Positions 1 to 9,292 of a stretch of 64,000 bases of DNA are shown in pieces. Position numbers and translations under genes: made by a program. Every line of letters starts with the position of its first letter. The first letter of the stretch is position 1. This stretch comes from Bacteroidota bacterium (GTDB lineage Bacteria; Bacteroidota; Bacteroidia; UBA7662), in NCBI GenBank assembly GCA_005799025.1, contig SYHX01000055.1, positions 21,641 through 85,640 of the forward strand, read 5' to 3'. Below the pieces are notes generated by a model. It was given only the letters and a program-made list of their open reading frames with translations, searched no databases and was not told the DNA's origin.

Positions 1-68
1 TCGTTGCAAATTGGTGAAAGGAACCTAAGGCTGCGCAAACATCGGCAGGGGCCAGGTGTTCTACTGGC

Positions 69-1631
69 ATGCCCAAGGAAAGCCTCTGCCAAAATTTTCT
101 TTTCTTCCCCCATCAACTGGTGGTGCCGCCCAAAGGCTTCCAAGCGCAAGGCTTTGCCCTCGAATCCAGGACCAAGCCAAAACCGCGGGCATGGATTGTG
201 GAGGAATGGCTTTTTTTCAAACAATACAATTATCATCGGCAGAAGCTAATCCACCAAAGAGCCTGCATGAAAAGCTTCGGTGAAGAATTGCAGGGGATGG
301 GATGGGAAGTAGAGTACCTTGATGCGCAGGATCCTCGTGCCGAAGCCCAAGAACTGATTGAATACCTCGCTACTCAAGCGGGCCTTAAGGAGGTAACGGC
401 CTTCCGATGCTCCGACCATTGGCTGGAAAAAAAACTGCTCAATGCCTCAACGACCACGGGCCTTCGCATTGCTTGGCTCGATAATCCCCTATTCATTGAT
501 AAGCCTATGGAAGCGACTTCTTGGTTCCAAGGCCGCAAACGGTTCCTGCAGGCAGATTATTACCGTAAGCAAAGAATCCATCACGGTATTTTGGTGGATA
601 TGCAATCAGGAGGTCCCATCGGTGGACAATGGAGTTACGACGAAGATAACCGTAAAACATATCCAAAGGATACGGTACCCCCATCACCTCCACCCATTGA
701 ATGGAACAAAGCTTGGCAAGAAGCCGAAAAGTATGTCCAAAAACATTTCCCCAATGCCCCTGGTTCGAATCGTGGAGAATGGGCTTGGCCGGTCCAACGT
801 AAGGATGCAGCACATTGGCTGAAGTCCTTTGTGCAGGAGCGTTTGGCCTTGTTTGGCCCATACGAAGACGCTATAGATCAACGTTTTAGTTTAATTCATC
901 ATTCAGGATTGTCCCCTCTTCTCAACAACGGACTTCTCAACCCCTCCCAGGTCTTGACGGCATGTATAAAGGCCAGCGAACAACAGAAAATTCCATTGCC
1001 TAGCATAGAAGGCCTCGTGAGGCAAATTCTGGGCTGGAGGGAATTTGTGCATGGGGTGTACTTGCATGCAGGAGTTCGGCAGCGCAATGGGAATTTCTGG
1101 GGCTTTGAGCGTCCCATGCCTCAGGCTTTTTACACCGCAACAACGGGCATAGAACCCGTAGATCATTGCATCCGCGCGGTCTTGAAAAATTCTTACAACC
1201 ATCATATAGAACGTCTAATGATCTTGAGTAATTTTATGTTACTCTGCGAAATTCATCCCCATGCAGTTTACCGCTGGTTCATGGAAATGTATATCGATGC
1301 CTACGATTGGGTCATGGTACCCAACGTGTACGGAATGGGTCAATTCGCGGACGGCGGCTTGCTTTCCACCAAACCCTATATCAGTTCCAGCAATTACGTC
1401 CTCAAGATGAGCAATTATCGGCCCGACAAGATCTGGACCGAACCGTGGGACGCTTTGTATTGGCGATTTATTTCTTCCAACAAGACCTATTTCCTTCGAA
1501 ATCCCCGATCAGCCATGATGGTTCGTCAATGGGAAAAAAAACCGGCCGCTCTACAGGAGCGTTTCCTTCAGAACGCAGAGAATTTTCTGCAAAGTTTGCA
1601 TAATGGTCCAGCCTCCATGGGCAACGTATAA
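69..1631 (+). CDS. Deoxyribodipyrimidine photolyase-related protein (COG3046 / PF04244-like, cryptochrome/photolyase superfamily)
   Basis: The 520-aa ORF has a photolyase-related N-terminal alpha/beta region (IVEEWLFFKQYNYHRQKLIHQRACMKSFGEELQGMGWEVEYL) and a long helical FAD-binding-like C-terminal half. An in-frame stop at 15-17 means the N-terminus lies within the window, and the ATG is at 69. Confidence 0.65.
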   Translation: MPKESLCQNFLFFPHQLVVPPKGFQAQGFALESRTKPKPRAWIVEEWLFFKQYNYHRQKLIHQRACMKSFGEELQGMGWEVEYLDAQDPRAEAQELIEYLATQAGLKEVTAFRCSDHWLEKKLLNASTTTGLRIAWLDNPLFIDKPMEATSWFQGRKRFLQADYYRKQRIHHGILVDMQSGGPIGGQWSYDEDNRKTYPKDTVPPSPPPIEWNKAWQEAEKYVQKHFPNAPGSNRGEWAWPVQRKDAAHWLKSFVQERLALFGPYEDAIDQRFSLIHHSGLSPLLNNGLLNPSQVLTACIKASEQQKIPLPSIEGLVRQILGWREFVHGVYLHAGVRQRNGNFWGFERPMPQAFYTATTGIEPVDHCIRAVLKNSYNHHIERLMILSNFMLLCEIHPHAVYRWFMEMYIDAYDWVMVPNVYGMGQFADGGLLSTKPYISSSNYVLKMSNYRPDKIWTEPWDALYWRFISSNKTYFLRNPRSAMMVRQWEKKPAALQERFLQNAENFLQSLHNGPASMGNV

Positions 1632-1679
1632 AGACCCTTCACCCACGGACTACACCACCAACCCCCACTGTTTGACATC

Positions 1680-2192
1680 ATGCGGAAATTTTGGAATATC
1701 GCTGACGCCGCCGTTTATGCATTACTAACCCATGATGGCGTAGACTCATGGAACTATAACTGTTGCACTTATGTTTCTGCCGTCGGAATGCACCCCAAGC
1801 ATTACATGATCGCGGTTTACCATGGCAGCAAAAGTTTGGATAATCTGCGTAAAAACCCCCATCAAAGCACAGTCCTTCACTTGTTATCTCCGCAGCAAGC
1901 TCCCCTGATCCGTGTTTTGGGCCGTCAAACGGGGTATGCCGTGAACAAACATGCCAAACTATTGCGAGGGGGTCATTTGGACATCTGGCGTGGGTACCCG
2001 GTCTTAAAGGAGGCCGCCGCATGGGCTGAATTACGTAGCCTTGGCCCATTGCATGTGGATGCGGCCTTTGCGGAGACGTCGAGCGGTCCCACGGACCACG
2101 ATTTATGGCTGTGGGAATTGGTATCGACTAAGTTAAATTCCGAGAACTACCTCAATACCGGAACCATGAGGCGTTTGGGCATCCTTCGATAG
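1680..2192 (+). CDS. Flavin reductase-like (FMN-binding split-barrel) domain protein
   Basis: The 170-aa ORF shows the pattern LLTHDGVDSWNYNCCTYVSAVGMHPKHYMIAVYHGSKSLDNLRKNP....VLHLLSPQQAPLIRVLGRQTGYAVNKHAKL, typical of flavin reductase-like / RutF-like domains. The antisense ORF 1678-2049 is judged spurious. Confidence 0.45.
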   Translation: MRKFWNIADAAVYALLTHDGVDSWNYNCCTYVSAVGMHPKHYMIAVYHGSKSLDNLRKNPHQSTVLHLLSPQQAPLIRVLGRQTGYAVNKHAKLLRGGHLDIWRGYPVLKEAAAWAELRSLGPLHVDAAFAETSSGPTDHDLWLWELVSTKLNSENYLNTGTMRRLGILR

Positions 2193-2227
2193 GGCCGTAT
2201 CTTGGCGCTCCCAAAAACTTACATTTG

Positions 2228-3616
2228 ATGAATTACGATGTTATTGTATTAGGCGGTGGACCCGGAGGGTATGTTGCTGCCATTCGAGCTTCTCAATTGG
2301 GCCTCAAAGTGGCTGTAGTCGAGCGCGAATCGCTAGGCGGAATCTGCCTCAACTGGGGATGTATCCCCACCAAAGCCCTGCTCAAAAGTGCCCAGGTTTT
2401 CGAATACATCAAGCATGCTTCGGATTATGGAATCAAGGTAGGGGATGCCCAAGCAGACTTCAACGGGGTCATCCAGCGTAGCCGTGGTGTGGCCGACGGC
2501 ATGAGCAAAGGCGTGGCCTTCCTCATGAAGAAAAACAAAATCGAGGTCCACATGGGCAACGGCGTCCTCAAACCTGGAGGAAAAATCGATGTCACCCAAG
2601 CCGACGGCAAGAGCATCACCCTCACTGCACCGCATATTTTGATCGCAACCGGGGCCAGAGCCCGTGCGTTGCCCAATCTCCCCATTGACGGAGAGAAAGT
2701 CATTGAGTACCGCAAGGCCATGACCCTTCCCAAACAGCCCAAATCCTTGCTGGTTGTCGGATCGGGTGCCATCGGTGTAGAATTTGCCTATGTGTACCAA
2801 GCCATGGGCACCCATGTAACCGTAGTGGAATACTTGCCCAATATTGTTCCTGTCGAAGATGAAGAAGTCTCCAAGGCTTTAGAGAAATCCTACAAGAAAA
2901 TGGGTATGAACATCCTGACCAATTCTTCGGTCGAATCCGTGGATACCTCCGGCTCTGTATGCAAGGTCCAGGTGAAAACCCCGGGCGGCATGCAAACCCT
3001 CGAAGCGGACGTGGTACTTAGTGCTGCAGGTATTGTTCCGAACATCGAAAACATCGGCCTGGAAGCCTGCGGTATTGCCCTTGACAAAGGCAAAATTCAG
3101 GTGGACGACTTCTATCGCACCTCCACCAAAGGTTACTACGCCATTGGCGATGTGGTCAAAGGTCCTGCCTTGGCCCACGTTGCTTCGGCCGAAGGAATTA
3201 TTTGTGTAGAGAAAATCGCCGGCCATCATCCGGAGCCATTGGACTACGGCAATATCCCGGGTTGTACCTATTGCCAACCTGAAATTGCTTCGGTTGGTAT
3301 GACCGAGAAGGCCGCCAAAGAAGCAGGATACGAACTCAAAGTGGGTAAATTCCCCTTCAGTGCCTCCGGTAAAGCGAGTGCAAGCGGGCACAAAGACGGT
3401 TTCGTCAAACTCATCTTTGATGCCAAATACGGAGAACTGTTAGGTGCCCACATGATTGGCGCGAATGTCACCGAAATGATCGCTGAATTGGTCGTTGCCC
3501 GCAAACTCGAAACAACTGGACACGAACTTATCAAAGCGGTTCACCCGCATCCCACCCTCAGCGAAGCCGTCATGGAGGCGGCCGCAGCAGCTTACGGCGA
3601 AGTCATCCACCTGTAA
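2228..3616 (+). CDS. lpdA: Dihydrolipoyl dehydrogenase (E3 component)
   Basis: It has the N-terminal FAD fingerprint DVIVLGGGPGGYVAAIRASQLGLKVAVVE and the redox-active disulfide GGICLNWGCIPTKALL, plus an NAD site GSGAIGVEFA and a C-terminal interface His (HPHPTLSE). The first ATG is at 2228 (the track start at 2225 is TTG). Confidence 0.95.
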   Translation: MNYDVIVLGGGPGGYVAAIRASQLGLKVAVVERESLGGICLNWGCIPTKALLKSAQVFEYIKHASDYGIKVGDAQADFNGVIQRSRGVADGMSKGVAFLMKKNKIEVHMGNGVLKPGGKIDVTQADGKSITLTAPHILIATGARARALPNLPIDGEKVIEYRKAMTLPKQPKSLLVVGSGAIGVEFAYVYQAMGTHVTVVEYLPNIVPVEDEEVSKALEKSYKKMGMNILTNSSVESVDTSGSVCKVQVKTPGGMQTLEADVVLSAAGIVPNIENIGLEACGIALDKGKIQVDDFYRTSTKGYYAIGDVVKGPALAHVASAEGIICVEKIAGHHPEPLDYGNIPGCTYCQPEIASVGMTEKAAKEAGYELKVGKFPFSASGKASASGHKDGFVKLIFDAKYGELLGAHMIGANVTEMIAELVVARKLETTGHELIKAVHPHPTLSEAVMEAAAAAYGEVIHL

Positions 3617-3703
3617 CTTGGCGGTACTCTGCTCATAACATTAACTAAAAATTATCCATCACTTCCAGGAACCAAAATCCTCTAGAAATTAAACCAATTT
3701 GAA

Positions 3704-5893
3704 ATGAACCGCCTATCTACGCTTATGTTTCGCCCCCTGTTCATTTTCACTGCCCTATGGTGCATGGCTCCCCTCGCCCGCGCGGATAAAGGCATGTGGC
3801 TACCCATCCAAATCGCCAAGATTGAGGACCGCATGAAAGAAGCCGGCTTCCAATTATCCGCCTCGGACCTCTATCAAATTAATCAGGCCGCAGTGAAAGA
3901 TGCTATCGTTCGATTGGGTGGGGGTTTCTGTACCGCGGAAATCGTATCGGACTCGGGCCTGGTGCTGACCAATCACCACTGCGCTTACGATTTGATTCAG
4001 AACCACAGCTCGGTGGAGAAGGACTACCTCACCAACGGATTTTGGGCTATGACACGGGCAGAAGAATTGCCAAACCCCGGTCTCACAGCATCCACCTTGG
4101 TGCGTATGGAGGACATCACCAAGCGAATGAACGATTCCCTTCAGGGTGTTGCCGAGGGTCAGCGATCCGCGGTAATCGTCCGAGTGGGGAAAATCATCAC
4201 CGACGAAATCGCCAAAGAGAAAAAAGGCTACCAAGGAGATGTGCGGGCCATATTCTACGGCAATCAATTCATCCTATCCGTGTATATGGTATACAAAGAT
4301 GTTCGCCTTGTCGGAGCGCCCCCCAGCAGCGTAGGCAAGTTTGGAGGAGACACCGACAATTGGATGTGGCCACGGCATACTGGAGATTTTTCGGTATTGC
4401 GCATTTACACCGGACCAGGTGGTGAAGCGGCAGAATACGATAGTCTTCTTAACATTCCTCTCAAACCCAATCGTTACCTGGCCGTTTGTACATCAGGGGT
4501 TCGTAACGGGGATTATACTATGATAATGGGGTATCCCGGCACCACCAACCGATACCTCAGCGCCGATAACCTGGACTTCAACCTGAATACCGTGAACATG
4601 ATGGTGGAAGACATGGTCGGAGCCCGCATGCAGGCTTACAAAGAAGATATGGACAAAGACGATAAAATTCGTATTGCATTGGCTTCTACCTACGCTTCAG
4701 GTATGAATACCTACAAATACTACCAAGGCCAAACCCTGGGCCTACGCAGGGATGGATTGGGTGAGAAAAAAAGAACCTACGAAAACGGACTACGTCAATG
4801 GATAGAATCCGATCCAAGCCGCAAGGCCGAATACGGCACACCCCTCGAAAGCCTCGGCGCAATTCTCGCCGCTTACCAAAACGACTCACGCAAAATCATT
4901 TATTTTCGTCAGGCCCTCGGTAACCAGGCCTTTGCGCGCCATTACCGCCTTTTGTCCGATTTGCAGAAGCAGCTTGAAGCCTCTCCCAAGGACAAAGCCA
5001 AGATTAATGCAGAAGCGAATAAAGCAAGAAGCAGCATGAAGGAAAACATGGCGGAGTACTTTGCTTCCACCGAACAGAAAGCCTTTGCCCGTATGCTTCG
5101 CACCTATCTACAACGTATTTCTGTTCAAGACCGTCCTCCCTTCCTCACTGCATTATTGGCTGATTCCGACGGAGATGACGAGAAAGATAAAGTCAAAGAA
5201 ATAGCCAAAAACGTGTTCAAAAATTCATTGTTAGCCAATCCCGATTTGTTGGAAATTTTTCTACAGAACCCATCGATCAAGGTTTGGAAAAAAGATCCCG
5301 GTGTCAACCTTGCAGCCGCTATTTCGGATTATTCCAACAACGTACTCATGCCCTTGGAGCGCAAGGCCCAAGGAGAACAGGCCCCGATTCGTCGCAAACT
5401 TATGGCCGCCATGTTAGCCTATCAAAGCAACGAAATATTTGCACCAGATGCTAATTCCACCCTGCGAATGACCTACGGAAACGTCAAACCCTACGTTCCC
5501 CGAGATGCTGTGGACTATACCTGGTACACCACTCATCGCGGTATCCTGCAGAAAGAAGATCCCAAAAACGAAGAATTCATCGTTCCGGGCAAACTCAAGG
5601 AGGATTTAGAGAAAGGTGATTTTGCGCCCTACGGCAGGGATGATGAATTGGTAACCTGCTTCATCTCCAACAACGATATCACGGGAGGCAACAGCGGTAG
5701 CCCCGTGATGAATGCGCGTGCAGAATTGGTGGGCATTGCCTTCGATGGCAACTGGGAATCCATGACAGGAGACTTAATGTTCAATCCAGCCATGCAACGC
5801 ACCATCAGCGTGGACATCCGTTATGTACTCTATATCATCGATCGTTTTGCGGGCGCAGGACACCTGGTCCGTGAAATGAAGCTGGTTCCTTAG
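3704..5893 (+). CDS. S46 family serine peptidase (dipeptidyl-peptidase 7/11-like)
   Basis: Signal peptide MNRLSTLMFRPLFIFTALWCMAPLARA. S46 hallmarks are present: DKGMWLP, the catalytic His in LVLTNHHCAYD, and the catalytic Ser in DITGGNSGSPVMN. Length is 729 aa. Confidence 0.9.
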   Translation: MNRLSTLMFRPLFIFTALWCMAPLARADKGMWLPIQIAKIEDRMKEAGFQLSASDLYQINQAAVKDAIVRLGGGFCTAEIVSDSGLVLTNHHCAYDLIQNHSSVEKDYLTNGFWAMTRAEELPNPGLTASTLVRMEDITKRMNDSLQGVAEGQRSAVIVRVGKIITDEIAKEKKGYQGDVRAIFYGNQFILSVYMVYKDVRLVGAPPSSVGKFGGDTDNWMWPRHTGDFSVLRIYTGPGGEAAEYDSLLNIPLKPNRYLAVCTSGVRNGDYTMIMGYPGTTNRYLSADNLDFNLNTVNMMVEDMVGARMQAYKEDMDKDDKIRIALASTYASGMNTYKYYQGQTLGLRRDGLGEKKRTYENGLRQWIESDPSRKAEYGTPLESLGAILAAYQNDSRKIIYFRQALGNQAFARHYRLLSDLQKQLEASPKDKAKINAEANKARSSMKENMAEYFASTEQKAFARMLRTYLQRISVQDRPPFLTALLADSDGDDEKDKVKEIAKNVFKNSLLANPDLLEIFLQNPSIKVWKKDPGVNLAAAISDYSNNVLMPLERKAQGEQAPIRRKLMAAMLAYQSNEIFAPDANSTLRMTYGNVKPYVPRDAVDYTWYTTHRGILQKEDPKNEEFIVPGKLKEDLEKGDFAPYGRDDELVTCFISNNDITGGNSGSPVMNARAELVGIAFDGNWESMTGDLMFNPAMQRTISVDIRYVLYIIDRFAGAGHLVREMKLVP

Positions 5894-5952
5894 GGTATTC
5901 GCTCGTGCCTAAAAAAGATTCTCTCACTCCTGTTTCGTTGAAAGGATCTCTA

Positions 5953-6687
5953 CTATCGCATGTCCACCACTTCAACTCCAGGATAAATCTTGGGATTGAA
6001 TGTAAATAAATCGTCTTTCAGCGTGGGGTTTGCTTTGAAACCCGTGATAACATAGGTGTATTGGACGCCTGATTTATCAAAAACAATGGCCTTCTGAATA
6101 AGGCGCGAGGCTTTATTAACTTTTAGTCGAACTTTGAAGTAAGAAACTGATTTGTTTTGCGGGATCAAGTCGATTTGGGCGTTTCCATCTTGGTTACCAC
6201 CAGTCTCGGTGTCCATAAATGAATTAAAACCCTTATCGTATAGGGTGAACAAGTTGTCCGGAGTAATCTGATCCGGGGTCGGCTCGTAGTTACCGATGCT
6301 CACCTCGTTCATTTCTTTGAGATAGGTCCAAGAGGTTTTTCCATCACTTATTAGCAACTGCTCACCCATATCGATTCTGAATTTTCGCCCTCTGAGAAAG
6401 AGTAATCCTTTGCGCCTTTCTTTGTTTTGGTTAGCACCACCGTTCATTTCCACGGCAACTTGGGCCTCCATCGACTTCATGGAACGGTAATGCTTGCTCA
6501 TTTCTTTCAAAAGCACCTTGGACCGCGCATCCCCCGACCCTTGCTGAACTTTGGCTTTCTTGCCTGCCTTGGCAGGCCTCTCGGTTTGATTGGATTTTCG
6601 TGGCTGTGGAGAAATTCCAGCAGTTCCTGTTTCGGGAACAGCGTGAATAAGGAACGCAACCGTCGTTAAAAGAAGTAAACTACGCAT
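5953..6687 (-). CDS. LolA-like outer-membrane lipoprotein carrier/sorting protein
   Basis: It has a signal peptide and a LolA-like core (LLISDGKTSWTYLKEMNEVSI....FTLYDKGFNS), and it lies immediately downstream of ftsK on the same strand, which is the classic ftsK-lolA arrangement. Confidence 0.55.
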   Translation of the reverse strand: MRSLLLLTTVAFLIHAVPETGTAGISPQPRKSNQTERPAKAGKKAKVQQGSGDARSKVLLKEMSKHYRSMKSMEAQVAVEMNGGANQNKERRKGLLFLRGRKFRIDMGEQLLISDGKTSWTYLKEMNEVSIGNYEPTPDQITPDNLFTLYDKGFNSFMDTETGGNQDGNAQIDLIPQNKSVSYFKVRLKVNKASRLIQKAIVFDKSGVQYTYVITGFKANPTLKDDLFTFNPKIYPGVEVVDMR

Positions 6688-6767
6688 AGAATGAGGAATA
6701 TTAGACCTATCTGAGCCAATACCGCTTCGCCTGGTAAAGACCCTTGTAGATTGAAAGAACTACAAAA

Positions 6768-9221
6768 TTACATCTCCTTGAGTTGCCTGAGCCTGTCTTC
6801 GAGGTGATGGGGGTCGGAATAAAGGACCTCGCGAGGCTTGGAACCCTCGAAACGTCCCACAATACCGGCAGCCTCTAGCTGATCGATCAACCGCCCGGCT
6901 CTTGCGTAGCCGATAGTCAAGCGTCGTTGAAGCAAGGATGTTGATCCCTGCTGGTATTGAACCACCATCCGCGCAGCCTCATCAAATAATGCATCTCTGT
7001 TCGTTGAATCACCATCGCCTAAAGACCCCTTCTCGGATTCCGGGTCTTTGACTTCCGGTAGCTGAAAGGCCGTCGAATAGCCGTTTTGATCCCCGATGAA
7101 ATCGCAAACCGCTTCCACCTCCGGGGTATCTACAAAAGCGCATTGCAAACGAATCACATTGGAGGAAAGCGAAAGCAGCATATCTCCCCGACCTACCAAC
7201 TGCTCGGCACCGCCAGTATCCAGAATAGTCCTGCTATCGATTTTGGAGCTGACCTTGAAGGCTATTCTTGCAGGGAAATTCGCCTTAATGGTTCCTGTAA
7301 TGATATTTACTGAAGGCCTTTGGGTCGCCACAATTAAATGAATACCAACCGCTCTCGCCAATTGGGCCAAACGCGTGATTGGGAACTCAATTTCTTTCCC
7401 TGCGGTCATGATCAAATCCGCAAATTCATCAATAACAACCACAATATAAGGAAGATAGCGATGCCCTGCGGATGGCGATAAACGTCTTTTGCGGAATTTG
7501 ACATTGTATTCCACTAGATTACGAACCTGGGCGTCTTTGAGCAAATCATAGCGAATATCCATTTCCACACCCAGAGCATTCATAGTTTGTACGACTTGGC
7601 GGGTATCGGTAACGATAGCGTCCTCGCTTTCGGGAAGGCAAGCCAGGAAATGCTTTTCGATTCGCCGGAACAAAGAGAGCTCCACCTTCTTGGGATCGAC
7701 TAACACAAATTTGAGCTCACTAGGATGCTTTTTGTAGAGCAACGATACCAAAATTGAATTGATACCCACAGATTTTCCCTGCCCGGTAGCACCGGCCATC
7801 AGCAAATGAGGCATCTTGGTCAAATCCGCAACATAAATTTCATTGGATATGGTCTTGCCCAAGGCGATGGGCAATTCCATATCGGCGGTCACAAATCGAT
7901 CCGAGGCGAGCATCCCCCTCATGCCCACCAATTCCTTATTCTGATTCGGAACCTCGATACCAACCGTCCCTTTGCCGGGCATGGGTGCAATAATCCTAAT
8001 TCCCAAGGCCGCTAAACTGAGCGCGATATCGTCCTCCAAGTTTTTGATGCGAGAAATACGAACCCCTGCCGCCGGGATGACCTCGTAGAGTGTCACCGTT
8101 GGACCAACGGTAGCTTTGATTTTTTCGATCTCGATCCCGTACTGTTTGAGTGTGACCACAATTTGATCCTTGTTGGCCTCCAATTCCGCCGCATTAATTT
8201 GAACTTTACCTTGAGCATGTTCCGCCAACAAATCCAAGGTTGGGTAACAGTATCCGGACAGGTCAAGCTTATGATCATAAAGTTCACTCTCACTCAATGC
8301 CACAGTATGAGCGTCTGTAATGGCCTCTTCGTCGTCCGGTACCGCCACTTCCATATCCCCGATCTTACCGGTCTTGACCCAGTCAGCATCGCTTTCCTCC
8401 GTCAACACTGGCCCCGAATCATCCTCTTCCAATAGCAACTCAACCGGATTCTCCTCCATGGGGGCCTCTACTTCGGTTTCCAACACCTCTGGGAGAGGAT
8501 CAAGCTCTTGCTCTTCGACCCGCTCCGGGAGATCATCCGGAATTGCAGGAAGCGTCATATCAGGGGCAGGTGATGCCTTCTTCCATTCGGGCCATTGAAG
8601 GCGTTTATCCGATCGAATGAGGTACCATGCAAACCAATAACCGGCCAAGGCCAATCCCGCACCGGCCTTTCCTACAAATCCACATATCCAATCCGAGACA
8701 AAATTACCAAAAGCACCACCCCACGGAAAGGCTTGCGGCCAAACGACATGCAGAAAAAAGGAAAATGTTACGGAAAGTATAGATGCCATCCACAACGCCT
8801 CAACTCCCCTTGAAAGCAAATTAACCTTGAACTCTGTAAACAAACATTTTAGGCCCAATAACAGGACCCAAAACCACAACAATAATACACTAAGTCCCCA
8901 ACCACGGTACACCGTCCAATGTCCCAAAAAAGCACCGAAACGACCTAGCCAATTTTCGGCTTTTTGGTCATTTTCAAACAAATGAATCCAAGACTGATCA
9001 TGAAACAGGCTTTGGTCTTCCTTCCAGGTCATAGCATAGGATACTAAGCCCAAAATCCATGCCGCTGCGATGACCAACACTAAGGTCCCGAAACCCGTGA
9101 GCAGGGTTGGATTCTTCCAAAATTGCCAAGAACCCCCGTTTACATTCTCTTCTTTTCCTTTTCCCGACCTTGAGCCTGCACCTTTTTTATGGCCTGTACT
9201 GGATGGATTTGCTTCGGTCAT
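6768..9221 (-). CDS. ftsK: DNA translocase FtsK/SpoIIIE
   Basis: N-terminal multi-TM region, then an acidic linker, Walker A (LMAGATGQGKSVGINS), the motor domain, and a C-terminal gamma/winged-helix domain (QYQQGSTSLLQRRLTIGYARAGRLIDQLEAAGIVG). The first ATG is at 9221 (MTEANPSS); the track start at 9278 is TTG. Confidence 0.9.
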   Translation of the reverse strand: MTEANPSSTGHKKGAGSRSGKGKEENVNGGSWQFWKNPTLLTGFGTLVLVIAAAWILGLVSYAMTWKEDQSLFHDQSWIHLFENDQKAENWLGRFGAFLGHWTVYRGWGLSVLLLWFWVLLLGLKCLFTEFKVNLLSRGVEALWMASILSVTFSFFLHVVWPQAFPWGGAFGNFVSDWICGFVGKAGAGLALAGYWFAWYLIRSDKRLQWPEWKKASPAPDMTLPAIPDDLPERVEEQELDPLPEVLETEVEAPMEENPVELLLEEDDSGPVLTEESDADWVKTGKIGDMEVAVPDDEEAITDAHTVALSESELYDHKLDLSGYCYPTLDLLAEHAQGKVQINAAELEANKDQIVVTLKQYGIEIEKIKATVGPTVTLYEVIPAAGVRISRIKNLEDDIALSLAALGIRIIAPMPGKGTVGIEVPNQNKELVGMRGMLASDRFVTADMELPIALGKTISNEIYVADLTKMPHLLMAGATGQGKSVGINSILVSLLYKKHPSELKFVLVDPKKVELSLFRRIEKHFLACLPESEDAIVTDTRQVVQTMNALGVEMDIRYDLLKDAQVRNLVEYNVKFRKRRLSPSAGHRYLPYIVVVIDEFADLIMTAGKEIEFPITRLAQLARAVGIHLIVATQRPSVNIITGTIKANFPARIAFKVSSKIDSRTILDTGGAEQLVGRGDMLLSLSSNVIRLQCAFVDTPEVEAVCDFIGDQNGYSTAFQLPEVKDPESEKGSLGDGDSTNRDALFDEAARMVVQYQQGSTSLLQRRLTIGYARAGRLIDQLEAAGIVGRFEGSKPREVLYSDPHHLEDRLRQLKEM

Positions 9222-9292
9222 TACCGATTTTTGACCAGACGATGGAGCGGGACGTAGGATATTAGGAGGCACCCTCAAAAGTAAGCCGAGAA

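Noticed and set aside
505-861. Antisense ORFs (505-861, 684-881, 899-1205) inside the photolyase-related gene. This is an example of a class that also covers 2333-2815, 2425-2772, 2879-3391, 3854-4267, 7086-7341, 8320-8598, 9363-9677, 9520-9738, 10977-11549, 13617-13998, 15449-15700, 16411-16851, 18051-18470, 19349-20151, 21009-21987, 21977-22459, 24049-24945, 31428-31997, 32955-33278, 33528-33935, 38363-38659, 38907-39317, 39562-39951, 40614-40889, 46907-47221, 47522-47857, 48235-48534, 49401-49736, 49761-50159, 53064-53351, 55375-55668, 56214-56814, 57440-57784, 58884-59121, 59282-60102, 60734-61225, 61833-62201, 62943-63176 and 63496-63930.
   Set aside because: Each lies wholly within, and on the opposite strand or an alternative frame of, a CDS with strong family-specific motifs. 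Their translations are low-complexity or motif-free, so they are treated as shadow ORFs.
2225-2227. Non-ATG (TTG/GTG) starts proposed by the ORF track for lpdA (2225), ftsK (9278), M1 peptidase (20572), glnN (22847), hypothetical (23087), S8 (31140), pssA (35958), purK (48136), nhaD (61426) and hypothetical (40998)
   Set aside because: In each case an in-frame ATG within a few codons gives an N-terminus matching family expectations, such as a signal peptide or conserved first motif. ATG starts were therefore used. GTG was retained only for menD (37719) and rsmI (34907), where no ATG is available.
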